IMG/VR virus record: IMGVR_UViG_3300046171_000202
Location: 1,225 to 65,224 of that record
Origin: a virus
Taxonomy: Duplodnaviria > Caudoviricetes
DNA length: 64,000 nucleotides
Strand: one strand, 5' to 3'
Shown here: one piece after another, positions 30,114-40,800 of the stretch
How positions within the stretch are numbered: position 1 is the first letter of the stretch
Layout: each line of letters begins with the position of its first letter
Notes under the pieces: generated by a model
What the model saw: the letters and a program-made list of their open reading frames with translations, nothing else
Told to the model about the DNA's origin: nothing
Databases searched by the model: none
Made by a program: the position numbers and the translations under genes

Positions 30114-32591
30114 ATGGCATTAATAAATTGCAGCATGGAAAAGCGGACGGTTATAGTGACCTCCGGACAGAACAATGTAACTAGTGTTACATTAGAAATA
30201 ATACCTGACTCAGGTTATGTTGTGGCAGCTAGAGACTTTGTTGCTGGTGCTAACCCTAATACAGACGCAATAAACAGTATAACTTTATCAAATAGTGCTA
30301 GCTCAGGTGGTCCACAAAATGATGGATCTTACACTACTGGTAATAAAGTAATAGTTACAGTAGACTTTAAAAACGACTATGCTCCTACGGCGGACGTAGT
30401 GCTAGATATTGATCCTGCTGGAGAAGCAACTGCAGCACACTTAGTGCCAGTAAAACTTCAAGGTACATTTGCAATACCAGCCTCGCCGAGTAAAGTTACT
30501 TTTGCAGCATCTAATATATTAGATTTTGCATCGTCTGGTTCTACTACAGATTTTTACGCATATGACAACCCCGGTGATTTAGTTACTATAATGGTCATGA
30601 CTATAGCCGCAACAACTAATGATTTTATAGATGAAGACGCTACTATAGTTATAACTAACTCATCTGACTCTACCGCAGATCAAGACTACCAGATAGACAG
30701 AGTAAGCACTTTCGATAGCTCTAATAGGTTAACACAAGTAGTTTATACTGTAAAAGCTGTTTTACCAAAAGTTAGTAGAAGCAATGATTTAATAACTTTT
30801 ACAGGAGCTGGTGCGGATATTCCAGGTCTAGATAAAAAGATATATGGATACAGAATGAATACTGGAAATGCTGGCTTAGAAGGCATAAACAGGCGTTTAG
30901 AAATTTTTGGCGATATTGGTGCTCAATTTAGAATAAAAATGCAGAGAGGAACTTTGTCTGGTAATACTTATACTACTGATACTAACAATGGTGTATATGT
31001 ATTTGACAACTCTAAAACAACCATAGCTGATATTTTTCTACCTAGCACTTCTACCGTAACTTATCCATCCGAAATAAACTCTAGCGGAAACTACATAGCT
31101 TCAACAAATCCTTACACTTTAGATGCTACAGGTTTATTTTTTAAAAATATACTAATACCTGTTGATGCAGAAGACAAAGTGTATAGATTCACTATAACGC
31201 CAGAGACGGGCACTACTGTAGATGCTTCTGCTCCTGATATAAATACTATACCTGATCCAGACGTAATAACTTTTGATATTACTAGAAATGGTGATGCATT
31301 TTTTTCAGCAACAAAAAACACTGCTAGAACTACAACTAATACTATAGAATACTTTGACCATTTAGATATTTCTAAAGGTAGCACAGAGCCAAGAGGTAAA
31401 AAGAATTCATCGCCAACGCCCCCGTCTGATGAGTACGGATATGACATAGTAGTAACAGATACTGGCAGTCAAAACTTCCATTTGCCTAACCAAGCTAATA
31501 GCTTTGTTTTAAGCGATTTAAATTATACTAAAACTTTAAATTCAGGTAGAATAATAGACCCTAAAATTACTGCCGAGCTTAGAGCTACTGCAGACGGATT
31601 TAATGCTGGCTCTATAAGAGCTAATGGTGAAAACAGTCATGCGCATGCGGAGTCTCACGAAACAGATACAGCAATAGTTTTAACTTTTGATCAAAGAGAA
31701 GCATTAACAAATAAAACTAGTTTTAACGCCTCTAGCTTTAGAAGTTCGTTTACCGTCAGCGGAACGTCTGAATTTTTTAAAATAAAGTTTTTTACAACAG
31801 ATGCAACACCTGTATATAAAAGTCAAACTATAGAAATATCATCTACATTTTATGTTTCTGGTGATGTTGATAACGATGGCACTGTAAATCAACAAAATAC
31901 TACAACGTTGACTGCGCCTGCCGTAGATAGAACAAAGCTATATTTAGCAGCTAGGGATTTAACTATACAAGATTTTGGTGCTGGTAATATAACTTTTAGG
32001 CATGATTTAGACACTTTTGCGTTTACATCCGCTCAAACCTCTGTTACAACTCTAGATATATCTTTTAACATAGCTGAGCTTGTAAGAAAATTTGTAAACT
32101 CTATATCTAGAGGAGTTGGTTATACTTCTGATATAGGATATTCAATATCTAGAGAAGTGCTTAACTTTTCAGGCGGTGGATACAGCAAGCAGAATATAAC
32201 TACTGACACTTCCCATGTTAAGTACACTATAACTGGAGCTTTTTTAAACGCGCAAGATGGCTTGCCTTTAAATTATAATACTAGCAACTACCAACTACTT
32301 GTTCTTCCTAGATCAAACGACTCTATATTTGACAATGTACAACTAAGCGTATCTGCGGCACCTTCATTGACACTAGATCAAGGGTCTACCGTAAATAGAT
32401 CTTTAGGTTTGTCTACGTTTTCTATATTAATAGAATTCGACCAAGGCGACATTAGTAGCATGAGCGCTTCTCAGTCTTATGTTTTTAATGCTGACATAAT
32501 ACATAGGTTTAGTAACACCTATCAAAGTATAGGTGACGTAGAAGACTCACTAGGAAATTTAGCAGGATCACCAGGACTACAAACTTATTAA
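30114..32591 (+). CDS. Putative structural protein (beta-rich)
   Basis: 825 aa, Thr/Ser/Asp-rich, within the tail module. Confidence 0.55.
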   Translation: MALINCSMEKRTVIVTSGQNNVTSVTLEIIPDSGYVVAARDFVAGANPNTDAINSITLSNSASSGGPQNDGSYTTGNKVIVTVDFKNDYAPTADVVLDIDPAGEATAAHLVPVKLQGTFAIPASPSKVTFAASNILDFASSGSTTDFYAYDNPGDLVTIMVMTIAATTNDFIDEDATIVITNSSDSTADQDYQIDRVSTFDSSNRLTQVVYTVKAVLPKVSRSNDLITFTGAGADIPGLDKKIYGYRMNTGNAGLEGINRRLEIFGDIGAQFRIKMQRGTLSGNTYTTDTNNGVYVFDNSKTTIADIFLPSTSTVTYPSEINSSGNYIASTNPYTLDATGLFFKNILIPVDAEDKVYRFTITPETGTTVDASAPDINTIPDPDVITFDITRNGDAFFSATKNTARTTTNTIEYFDHLDISKGSTEPRGKKNSSPTPPSDEYGYDIVVTDTGSQNFHLPNQANSFVLSDLNYTKTLNSGRIIDPKITAELRATADGFNAGSIRANGENSHAHAESHETDTAIVLTFDQREALTNKTSFNASSFRSSFTVSGTSEFFKIKFFTTDATPVYKSQTIEISSTFYVSGDVDNDGTVNQQNTTTLTAPAVDRTKLYLAARDLTIQDFGAGNITFRHDLDTFAFTSAQTSVTTLDISFNIAELVRKFVNSISRGVGYTSDIGYSISREVLNFSGGGYSKQNITTDTSHVKYTITGAFLNAQDGLPLNYNTSNYQLLVLPRSNDSIFDNVQLSVSAAPSLTLDQGSTVNRSLGLSTFSILIEFDQGDISSMSASQSYVFNADIIHRFSNTYQSIGDVEDSLGNLAGSPGLQTY

Positions 32592-32595
32592 TAAT

Positions 32596-32967
32596 ATGCC
32601 AAGTATAACATTTACATTAACTCATCCATTAAATCAAGCGATACAGCAAGGAACTACTGATGTAGCTTACTATGCTGATACCAGCACTTACACCTTTTCT
32701 GACTCTAGCACTGTGGACTATGCTGATACTTTTGTCAGATTAGGTGTTATAACAGCTGTAAACTACGCAGCAAAACAAATAACTTGTGATGTGGCTAGTA
32801 ATACCGTACTGCCCGCATCTAATGATTTCTTGTTTTTTAGTAAAGACAATAGAGCTAATATGACTAGTTTGCTAGGGTATTATGCAGAAGTAGAAGTGCA
32901 GAATAATTCTACGGATAAAGCAGAAATATTTGCTATGGGATCTGAGATATTTGAAAGTAGTAAATAA
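32596..32967 (+). CDS. Putative tail protein
   Basis: FLFFSKDNRANMTSLLGYYAEV…EIFAMGSEIFESSK C-terminal motif. Confidence 0.55.
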   Translation: MPSITFTLTHPLNQAIQQGTTDVAYYADTSTYTFSDSSTVDYADTFVRLGVITAVNYAAKQITCDVASNTVLPASNDFLFFSKDNRANMTSLLGYYAEVEVQNNSTDKAEIFAMGSEIFESSK

Positions 32968-32994
32968 TGTGTAACTATAAGATAATAAACTAAA

Positions 32995-33684
32995 ATGAAG
33001 AAAAATTCACCATTAAAAGCAATATCACCTACTTTAGATCCATCTTTAGTAGGATCACAAGCGGGCAACATCGTTGGAGGTACGATGAGTATAATAAGTG
33101 GTATACACGGAAGTAAAGCAAGAAAAGCAGAAGAGAGAGCTGCTCAGCAAGAGTTTAATCAATACAAAGCTCGGCTAGAGTCTCGCGACACTTCAAATCC
33201 TTACGCCAATATGGAAAATGTGTATGAAGATCTAACTGTTAACACACAAGCAGCGGACTTTGCAGCTCAACAGCAAGCCCAAGGACAAGCTAACATAATG
33301 GATCAAATGAGTGGAGCAGCTGGCGGTAGCGGTATAGCTGCGTTAGCTCAAGCTATGGCGGGTCAACAATCAATAAATGCGCAAAGAGCTTCTGCAGACA
33401 TAGGACAGCAAGAAAGACAAAATCTTATGGCAGAAAGATCTGCAGCCGGCCAATTGCAGCAAATAGAAAGAAAAGGAGAAATGATGTCTAGAGAAATGGA
33501 AAATCAAAAAGTAAATACATTACTAGGCATGTCGCAGGGTAGGCTTGGAGCAGCAAAGCTAGCTAGAGAACAAGCAAAACAAGCTATAATGAGTGGTGTA
33601 GGTCAATTAGCAGGAGGCGTTCAAAATGTAGCTATGCAAGACATGGGCTTTACTTCTGGAACGGAAGGATTAGTTAATCAATAA
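32995..33684 (+). CDS. Putative internal virion (ejected) protein with N-terminal MKKNSPLK
   Basis: Gln/Ala/Gly-rich helical protein like podovirus core proteins; SPLK at residues 5-8. Confidence 0.55.
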   Translation: MKKNSPLKAISPTLDPSLVGSQAGNIVGGTMSIISGIHGSKARKAEERAAQQEFNQYKARLESRDTSNPYANMENVYEDLTVNTQAADFAAQQQAQGQANIMDQMSGAAGGSGIAALAQAMAGQQSINAQRASADIGQQERQNLMAERSAAGQLQQIERKGEMMSREMENQKVNTLLGMSQGRLGAAKLAREQAKQAIMSGVGQLAGGVQNVAMQDMGFTSGTEGLVNQ

Positions 33685-33695
33685 ATTAAATAAAG

Positions 33696-34841
33696 ATGAG
33701 CACAGATAGACAGTTAATACAAAATGCACAGGAAAACATACTTTATGGTAGGTTTTTAGATATTGGTGCGGCTTTTAATAAAGGTCTTTTAATGGCTACT
33801 AGAGGAGGCACTACGCCAACAACAAATCCTGTAGGTGCTGTTAAGAACAATTACGAAAACCAACTTGAAACATACTTAAACGCGCTTCCAGCTGGGGTTG
33901 ATTTGGCATCTATACCAGATACTTACAAAAATAATATACAAAACTTTTTATTCAATAAAAAACAAGAGTATGTAAACTTAGCTAACCAAATAAACGAATA
34001 CGAGGTTGGTAGCGAAACTTACTTGCGAATGAAAGACGATATGAATAACATAAGATCTTCTTTTGTTAATCTGTCTAACCAAATGAAAAGCTACGGTGAG
34101 CAAAAAAAGCTTCTAATAGAAGATATACAGAAGCAAGTTCCTTCTTTATACGCGGATAATCAGGCTAACGTAAACTTACTTAGAGGCGTTTTTAACGAAG
34201 AATATGCTATGGTTATAGACGATTTTGGAAACGTGGGCTTTGAAGGAGATGACATAACTACCATGTTGAATGATTTACCTCAATATACTAATAAAGACTA
34301 CACCATAGCGGGAGCCATGTTAAAGCAAGCGGAGGCTGTTTATAAAAATGGTACTGTTTTAAAAAAGGGTGGATTTATGTATAATAAGTTTAAAAACGAT
34401 TTAGTATTAGGCATAGATCAAGGTGGAGTAAATAGACTCATGTCTATAATACATGATGGCTTAATAGGTGATGTTAAAATGATAGACGACCCTTATATAG
34501 AACAGCAAGTTGATCTATATAAAAATGGCCAATTAAGCTTTCAAGGACTTAGAGACTTAGTTGTAGATAATTATATGAATGTTTTAGTAGAAACATCAAG
34601 AACTGGATATAGAGTTAAGAAAGGACCTGGTGCATCTGGTAGAAGTAGAAATGTTAATAAAGGAGACTTACAACTTACAGATAGACAAAAAACTATAATA
34701 GCTGAAATGAAAGCTGATGGTGTTAGCGATGATGATTTGATAGCTTGGCTAAAAAGTGACCAAGAAGGGAAAGTTCGTTTTTTAAGTTCAGATCCAATAC
34801 CAGGCGTTAGAGATCCGTACGCAAAATATAAACAAAAATAG
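33696..34841 (+). CDS. Putative internal virion protein
   Basis: 381 aa, between two core-like genes. Confidence 0.55.
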   Translation: MSTDRQLIQNAQENILYGRFLDIGAAFNKGLLMATRGGTTPTTNPVGAVKNNYENQLETYLNALPAGVDLASIPDTYKNNIQNFLFNKKQEYVNLANQINEYEVGSETYLRMKDDMNNIRSSFVNLSNQMKSYGEQKKLLIEDIQKQVPSLYADNQANVNLLRGVFNEEYAMVIDDFGNVGFEGDDITTMLNDLPQYTNKDYTIAGAMLKQAEAVYKNGTVLKKGGFMYNKFKNDLVLGIDQGGVNRLMSIIHDGLIGDVKMIDDPYIEQQVDLYKNGQLSFQGLRDLVVDNYMNVLVETSRTGYRVKKGPGASGRSRNVNKGDLQLTDRQKTIIAEMKADGVSDDDLIAWLKSDQEGKVRFLSSDPIPGVRDPYAKYKQK

Positions 34842-34858
34842 AAAATAATTTAATAAAT

Positions 34859-37800
34859 ATGTTTGAAACAGAAGACGGTGTAATTGATTTTAACAGTCTT
34901 AGCGAAATGGAGCAACTTGCTTTTAAAGCAAAGTATCCTAATGCTAAAGAAATAAGCGCTGCCCCTACAGGTGAAGACGAAACTACGAGCTACGATCAAT
35001 CTCTTCTAAACGCAATAAGATCCGTAGGTTCAAGCGAAGGAAAGTATGACAAATATAGAGAAAAAGGAATTGTTAGAAAACCAGAAGATGTAGAGTTGAC
35101 GAAATATGTAGGGCATGTTTCTTTAATGGATGCAGGGTCTACTAGACCTAGGCAGATAATTAAAAAAGAAGTATTAAGTAAAGAATATACAGCAGATATA
35201 GAAGTAGAGCTTGAAGATGGATCTAAGATATATTTAACGCCTAATGAAGTTAATGATCCCGATATAAATCCAACTTTAAATAGTAAAGAATCTGAAATTA
35301 AAAACAAATACTATTTAGAAGACGGAACGACAAATAGAGATATATTTAACAAAAAAACGCAAACAAAAGTCATATCTAGACCTAACTTCGAAGGTAGCAC
35401 TAGGATTGAATCAACAATAAAAGAAGAGGAAGTAACACCTTACGAGGAAGAAATTAAAGATACATATAATTTACTAAAAGAACTAGGTAAAGGTAGCGAT
35501 AAAATTCCAGAGAAATACAGAGATTGGGAAGGTGAAAATCCGCCTATAGAGTTGGTTCAAGACTATGTTGCAGACTTAAAATACAGGCAAGAAATAGCAA
35601 AAGCTAGAAAAGAAGAATATGACAAAGCTGTTTCAACTTTCACTAAAGACGAGCAAGAAGCTACTAGAATACAAGTAGAGAAAAGAAAAGAGAGAGCTGA
35701 ATCATTTTTAGATAAACCTGAAATAAAAGATCTTAACATTAGATTAGAGTCATACCAAAATGACCCTAGATATATTCAAAATTTAAAAATAGCAAAAAAA
35801 TTTGAAAACGGTGAAACTTTAACTCAAGGTGAAATCAAACAATACCAAAACAACGCTGTAGAATTAAACGAGATAGATAGCAAAATACACGAAGACTATG
35901 AAAAATATAGTCTAGCTATAGAAGAAGTTTCTGATTCAGCTGAAGAGTTAGACCTTCTGAAAAGAGATTATAGTTTGCTAAATAAATTTGGTTTTAATGC
36001 AGCCTCTACATTGAGTGGTCTTAGTTTTGGTTTATTAGAATATTTAGCTCCACTAAGTGGCATGCCAGGGTCTAACGAGATAATGGAGCAAATGTCTATA
36101 AAAAGAAGAAAAGAGTTAGAAGAGGCAAGAGAAAAATATAGACCTGATGTTGCCTTTGAAGATGCCTTTAGTAGCTTAGACAACTTTGGTAGATTTATAA
36201 CAGAAGAAACAGGAAGACAGTTACCTATATTCGCATTGATAGCAGCTTCCGGTGGAGCAGCTACCGCCCTTGGCGCAACATCTTTAGGTGCTGGCGCTGT
36301 TTCAGGTATAACTCTAGGCACTATGAGTGCTGGCCAGCAAATAGGTGACATGACATATGAAGAATTTTTAAGTAAGTACAACGATATAAAGGCTTATGGT
36401 AGAAATTTAGAATATAATGATAAAGAGTATAGCGACTTAAATAAGTTTTTAGTAGGAACAGGGTTTGGTGCAGCAGAAGGTTTACTTGGTGCAGCGCCTA
36501 CATTTATTCTAGGTAGTAGATTTTTCAATAACGCTACTAAGTCTTTTATAAAAGCAGGTGAAAAAGGATTGTTGGCTAAAATACCTACCACTACTTTTCA
36601 AAAAGCTTTAAACTTTGGTAAGCCGTTCGCTAAAGAATTTGTCATAGGATCAGCTGAAGAGGCTATAACTGAGGGTTTAACTACTTTAACGCAAAACATA
36701 ATAACTAGAAACTCTAATATATTTGAAGGAGTAGGTCACGCAGCTTTCTCAGGTGGTTTTTTCGGAGGTGCATTAGGAGGCGGAAGTGTAGCTATGGGGT
36801 CAGCTTTAAGCATGTCTATGAATACTGCTGAAAGAGCTCAAATACAAGATCTTTTAAATCAAAAGCAAGACATACTAAAACAATTATCATCTTTAGATGG
36901 TAGAACAAAAGGTGCTTTAGCTTTAAAAAACAGGGCCGAAAGTATAGAAAAAGAAATATCAGACAAAATGTTGACAGCTGAAAAAGCTTGGTTGTCTAAA
37001 ATGAGTAAACCAAACTTTGAAGCTTATACTAAAACCCTAGACGCACAAGCTAGACTAAGACAACAAGCGTTTGATATAAAGAACGACGAAACACTTAGTA
37101 AGGCAGAAAAGAAAAAAGAAATTGATTTGCTTGCAATAGATTACCAAGTATTACAAGGACAAATAGAAGCATTTAGAAACCCATTAGATTATGCTAACAA
37201 GTATCATCTTTTAAAGACAACTGACGAAGCTAGATATAACGAAATAAACAAAGAAGCATCAGATAAACTAAGCTCTGAAGGCGTAGATCTAACTAAAGAA
37301 AAAATAGATAAAGAAGCTTACGAAATATATCTAAACCAAGAATTAGAATCGTCTAAGAAATCAGCTAATAAAGCTTTGAAAAACTTAAAATTAAAGCACA
37401 ATAAATTTAATTTTAAAACAGAAAAAGATGCGATAGCTGAAGCTAATAAAATATTAAAACAAGAAAATCTAGACGACTTAACTAAGTCTTTTTGGAAAGA
37501 TGTTATAAATAACCCAGGAAGAATAAATGGTCAAGCAGCTAATATAAACGGAACGTACACATATATAACTATAGATGAAACTGCTTTAAAAAATGAAAGA
37601 TCAGGCACTGCAACGCATGAAGTTGGTCACATAGTTTTTTGGGATTTATTAAGAAGGGCAAGGGAAGAAGGTGGAAAGTCTGACATTGCGTTAGATTTTG
37701 ATTCTATGGCTAAAGATATTGAAAAATATTTAAAAGCTACACACCCTGAAATACACGCTGAAATGTTTGGCAAGCGAGATATAACTCAAAGAGTTGAAGA

Positions 37801-40800
37801 AGCTGACGGAGTTTTAGATTCTGAAGAAATAGTTATGGGCTTTGTTGAGCGTATAGGTAGAATAGATAAAAATAAAAAAGTAACGCAAACATTTTTATAT
37901 AGACTTGGTCAAATATTTAACACAAAAGGCAATATTCCTACAGATCTATCTACGCAGCCAGCTATAGTAAGCTTTATATCTAGCTTGGCAGAAAAAATAA
38001 AAGATGGTACCTTAAGCAAAGAGCAATTAGATGTAGCAGCTAAAAGTGATATATTCAAAAGTTTAGTTGTTAAAGAAAAAGCTAAAGGTACTGAAGATAT
38101 AAAAGCAAAGCCAGAAACTAAAAAATCTTTAAGTATACTAAATACTATAAATAACTTAGTACCTAAAGACGTAAAAACAAAAGCAGAGTTTCAAGGAGCT
38201 AAAGTATTTAACCCAATATACGAAGCAACACAACCTGGAGGCGCCATATATAACTACGTTAACTCTAGGGCTTTATCTAGAGAAGAAGCAGAGCTAATGC
38301 TTGAAGGAATAGTTGATAGATTGATAAACTACGACCCAGCAGCTGTTAGAAAAACTAAAAGCGGTGAACCAATCACCTTTGGCGAGTTTATATTTGCTAA
38401 TACTAGATTTAGTAAGCTAGATGCTAAAAAACAATTAGCCATAGAATCTGAAAGACGAGCTGAAAGCTTAGACACAGAAGAAGCTAGACAAGTTGCAGAG
38501 CCAGTAGCTGAAACTACAACAACTGAAGCTCCAAGAGTTGAATACCAAAATTTAGTAGAAGCTAGCGTGTTGCCAGCTGATATGGTAGCAAAAGTAAAAG
38601 ACAAAATACTGCTTATAACTAAAACGCTTAAATCTCGCATCGATGCAGCAGTATCTATAAATAAGACTGTAACACCTTTAATGTCTGAGATTAAGAAAGA
38701 GATAGGTAAGCAAGCTGATATTGAGTTTAAGAAAATGCTAGGTGCTAAACGCGGTGGAGAACTTAGAAACAACTTCTTAAAACTTAAAAAGCCTATACTT
38801 GAAAACATGACCACAACTTGGCTTATGCAAGGTATGCCTTTTGCTATTCAAAAGTCTGTTGATGGTAAGTTTACTTCTGACTGGGAGGGTAAAAAAATAG
38901 ATCGTGAAAGCGTTGGTACTGATAAGGCAGGTAGAACTTCAGGCGCTCAGCTGGTTAGAAGACTACCTAATGCTGCTAATAAAATTACTGACGAGCAGTT
39001 TTTAACTTACATGTTTAAAGGCGATGAAGTTATTAGGGGCAGAAAAGAAGCATTGGCTAAAGCGTTGGCCGAAGAATATGCTTTTGATACATATGGTCAA
39101 GAACTTTTAAATCCTAGTAGCGAAATAAGAAAAGCTTTTGAAGAAAACCAAGAAAGATTGGGCACTGTTTTAGCGGACAATTTTGTTCAAGAGTTCAACA
39201 AGCAGTCAGAGAGAGGTAATATAAAGAGATCTGTGTCAAGACTGTATGATGCCGCTAAGAATGATGCTACTATAATAGACAATTTTATTGAAGGAATAAA
39301 CACAGAAACATTTATAAATAGATTAGTAGCTGAAGATGGTGATTTGTTTAGAGCTATAGTGGGCCATTTTGAAGAAAACGAAATAGCCAATTTAGATGGA
39401 ACTAAATTAAAACGCATAGCTGATCAAATAAGTAGTAATGCTTTATTTAATAACTATCAATTCCAAATAAAAAGTAGAGATAAAAAAAATGTAGCTATAG
39501 ACTTATCTTTAGACATTACTAGAGAAATAATTTCTCCTATAGAATATAAAGATATTTTTGCTCAAGCAGGTATTGAAAGAAAGTTTGATCTTAAAAATCT
39601 AGATCTTATTAATGAAGCTAGGTTAGCTTCTAAAAAGCTTTTTGATTTTTTAGGAGAAGATGACTTTATAAGAGGTTGGTATGATGGTCTTCAAAAACCA
39701 GGAGGCTTAGCCGGATTCGTGCCTAAAAAACAGCCTAAAGGCTTAATATTGACACTAGATGAAGTAGAGTTAAGACCAAAAGGAAAATCAAGCAGAAACG
39801 GTAAGTATGCTAACACCGCTGATATAGATAACGCTTTAGGTATACTGACTACTAAAGGTAAGAAAAGACCAGTAGACCAATCCAGAAAAAATTGGTTTCC
39901 AGGAGACGCTTTTAACAGGCTTGACAACGAAGGTAAGATAAACTTTGTAAAAGATCTATATAAAGAAGGCGCAAAAGATAAAGAAATATATTTAAAATCG
40001 TTAGATTTTTTGGCTAATTCAGTGAAAGACGGTAGTATATCGCTAGCCGCTGCAGAGGCTTTGATAATAGGTCAGTTTGCTGACATGAACGGAGTAGGCA
40101 AAGCAATGGCTTCGCCTAGATTCGTGCCAGTTAAAAACGATGGAACAATAGCCACTATTGAAGAGCTTGCTGAAATGGGGTTGGCTTTTGACAAAGATAA
40201 ATTAGTACTCGAACATGTCATTACAGCTAAGACGATGGCAACTAATAGTGTAAAGTATATTATTAATAAAGACGCTAATGTTTTGAAAGATATAAAAACA
40301 CTTTTAAAAGATTATGATACAGCTATTTTGCCCGATAAACTAGATAAGATATTAAGAGAAAGAGGTACTCAAGAAAAAATGGGTATAGGTTATAGACCTG
40401 GAGATCCAATATTTGATGTTAGATATAAAGATTTAGGCATCATGTTTCTTGATGTTAAGACTGGAAATTTTGTAGGTTCTTTGTTTTCTAAAACTAATCC
40501 AGAAAATGCTAATAAAAATAGTAACTTAGACAAAGCTTTTAAAAACGCAGCCAAAAGATCTTACTCTAAAAATCCAAAAGGTATAAGTGTTTATGACTTT
40601 GATGATACATTAGCGTTTAGTAAAAGTCAGATCATAGTTAAAAAGGATGGTAAAACATTTAAAATAAACGCAGCACAGTTTGCTAAGCAAGGCGAAACAT
40701 TATTAGCCGAAGGAGCTGAATTTGATTTCAGTGAATTTAACAAGGTGGTTAAAGGTCAGCCCGGACCACTAATTCCAAGAATACAAAAAGCAATAGATAA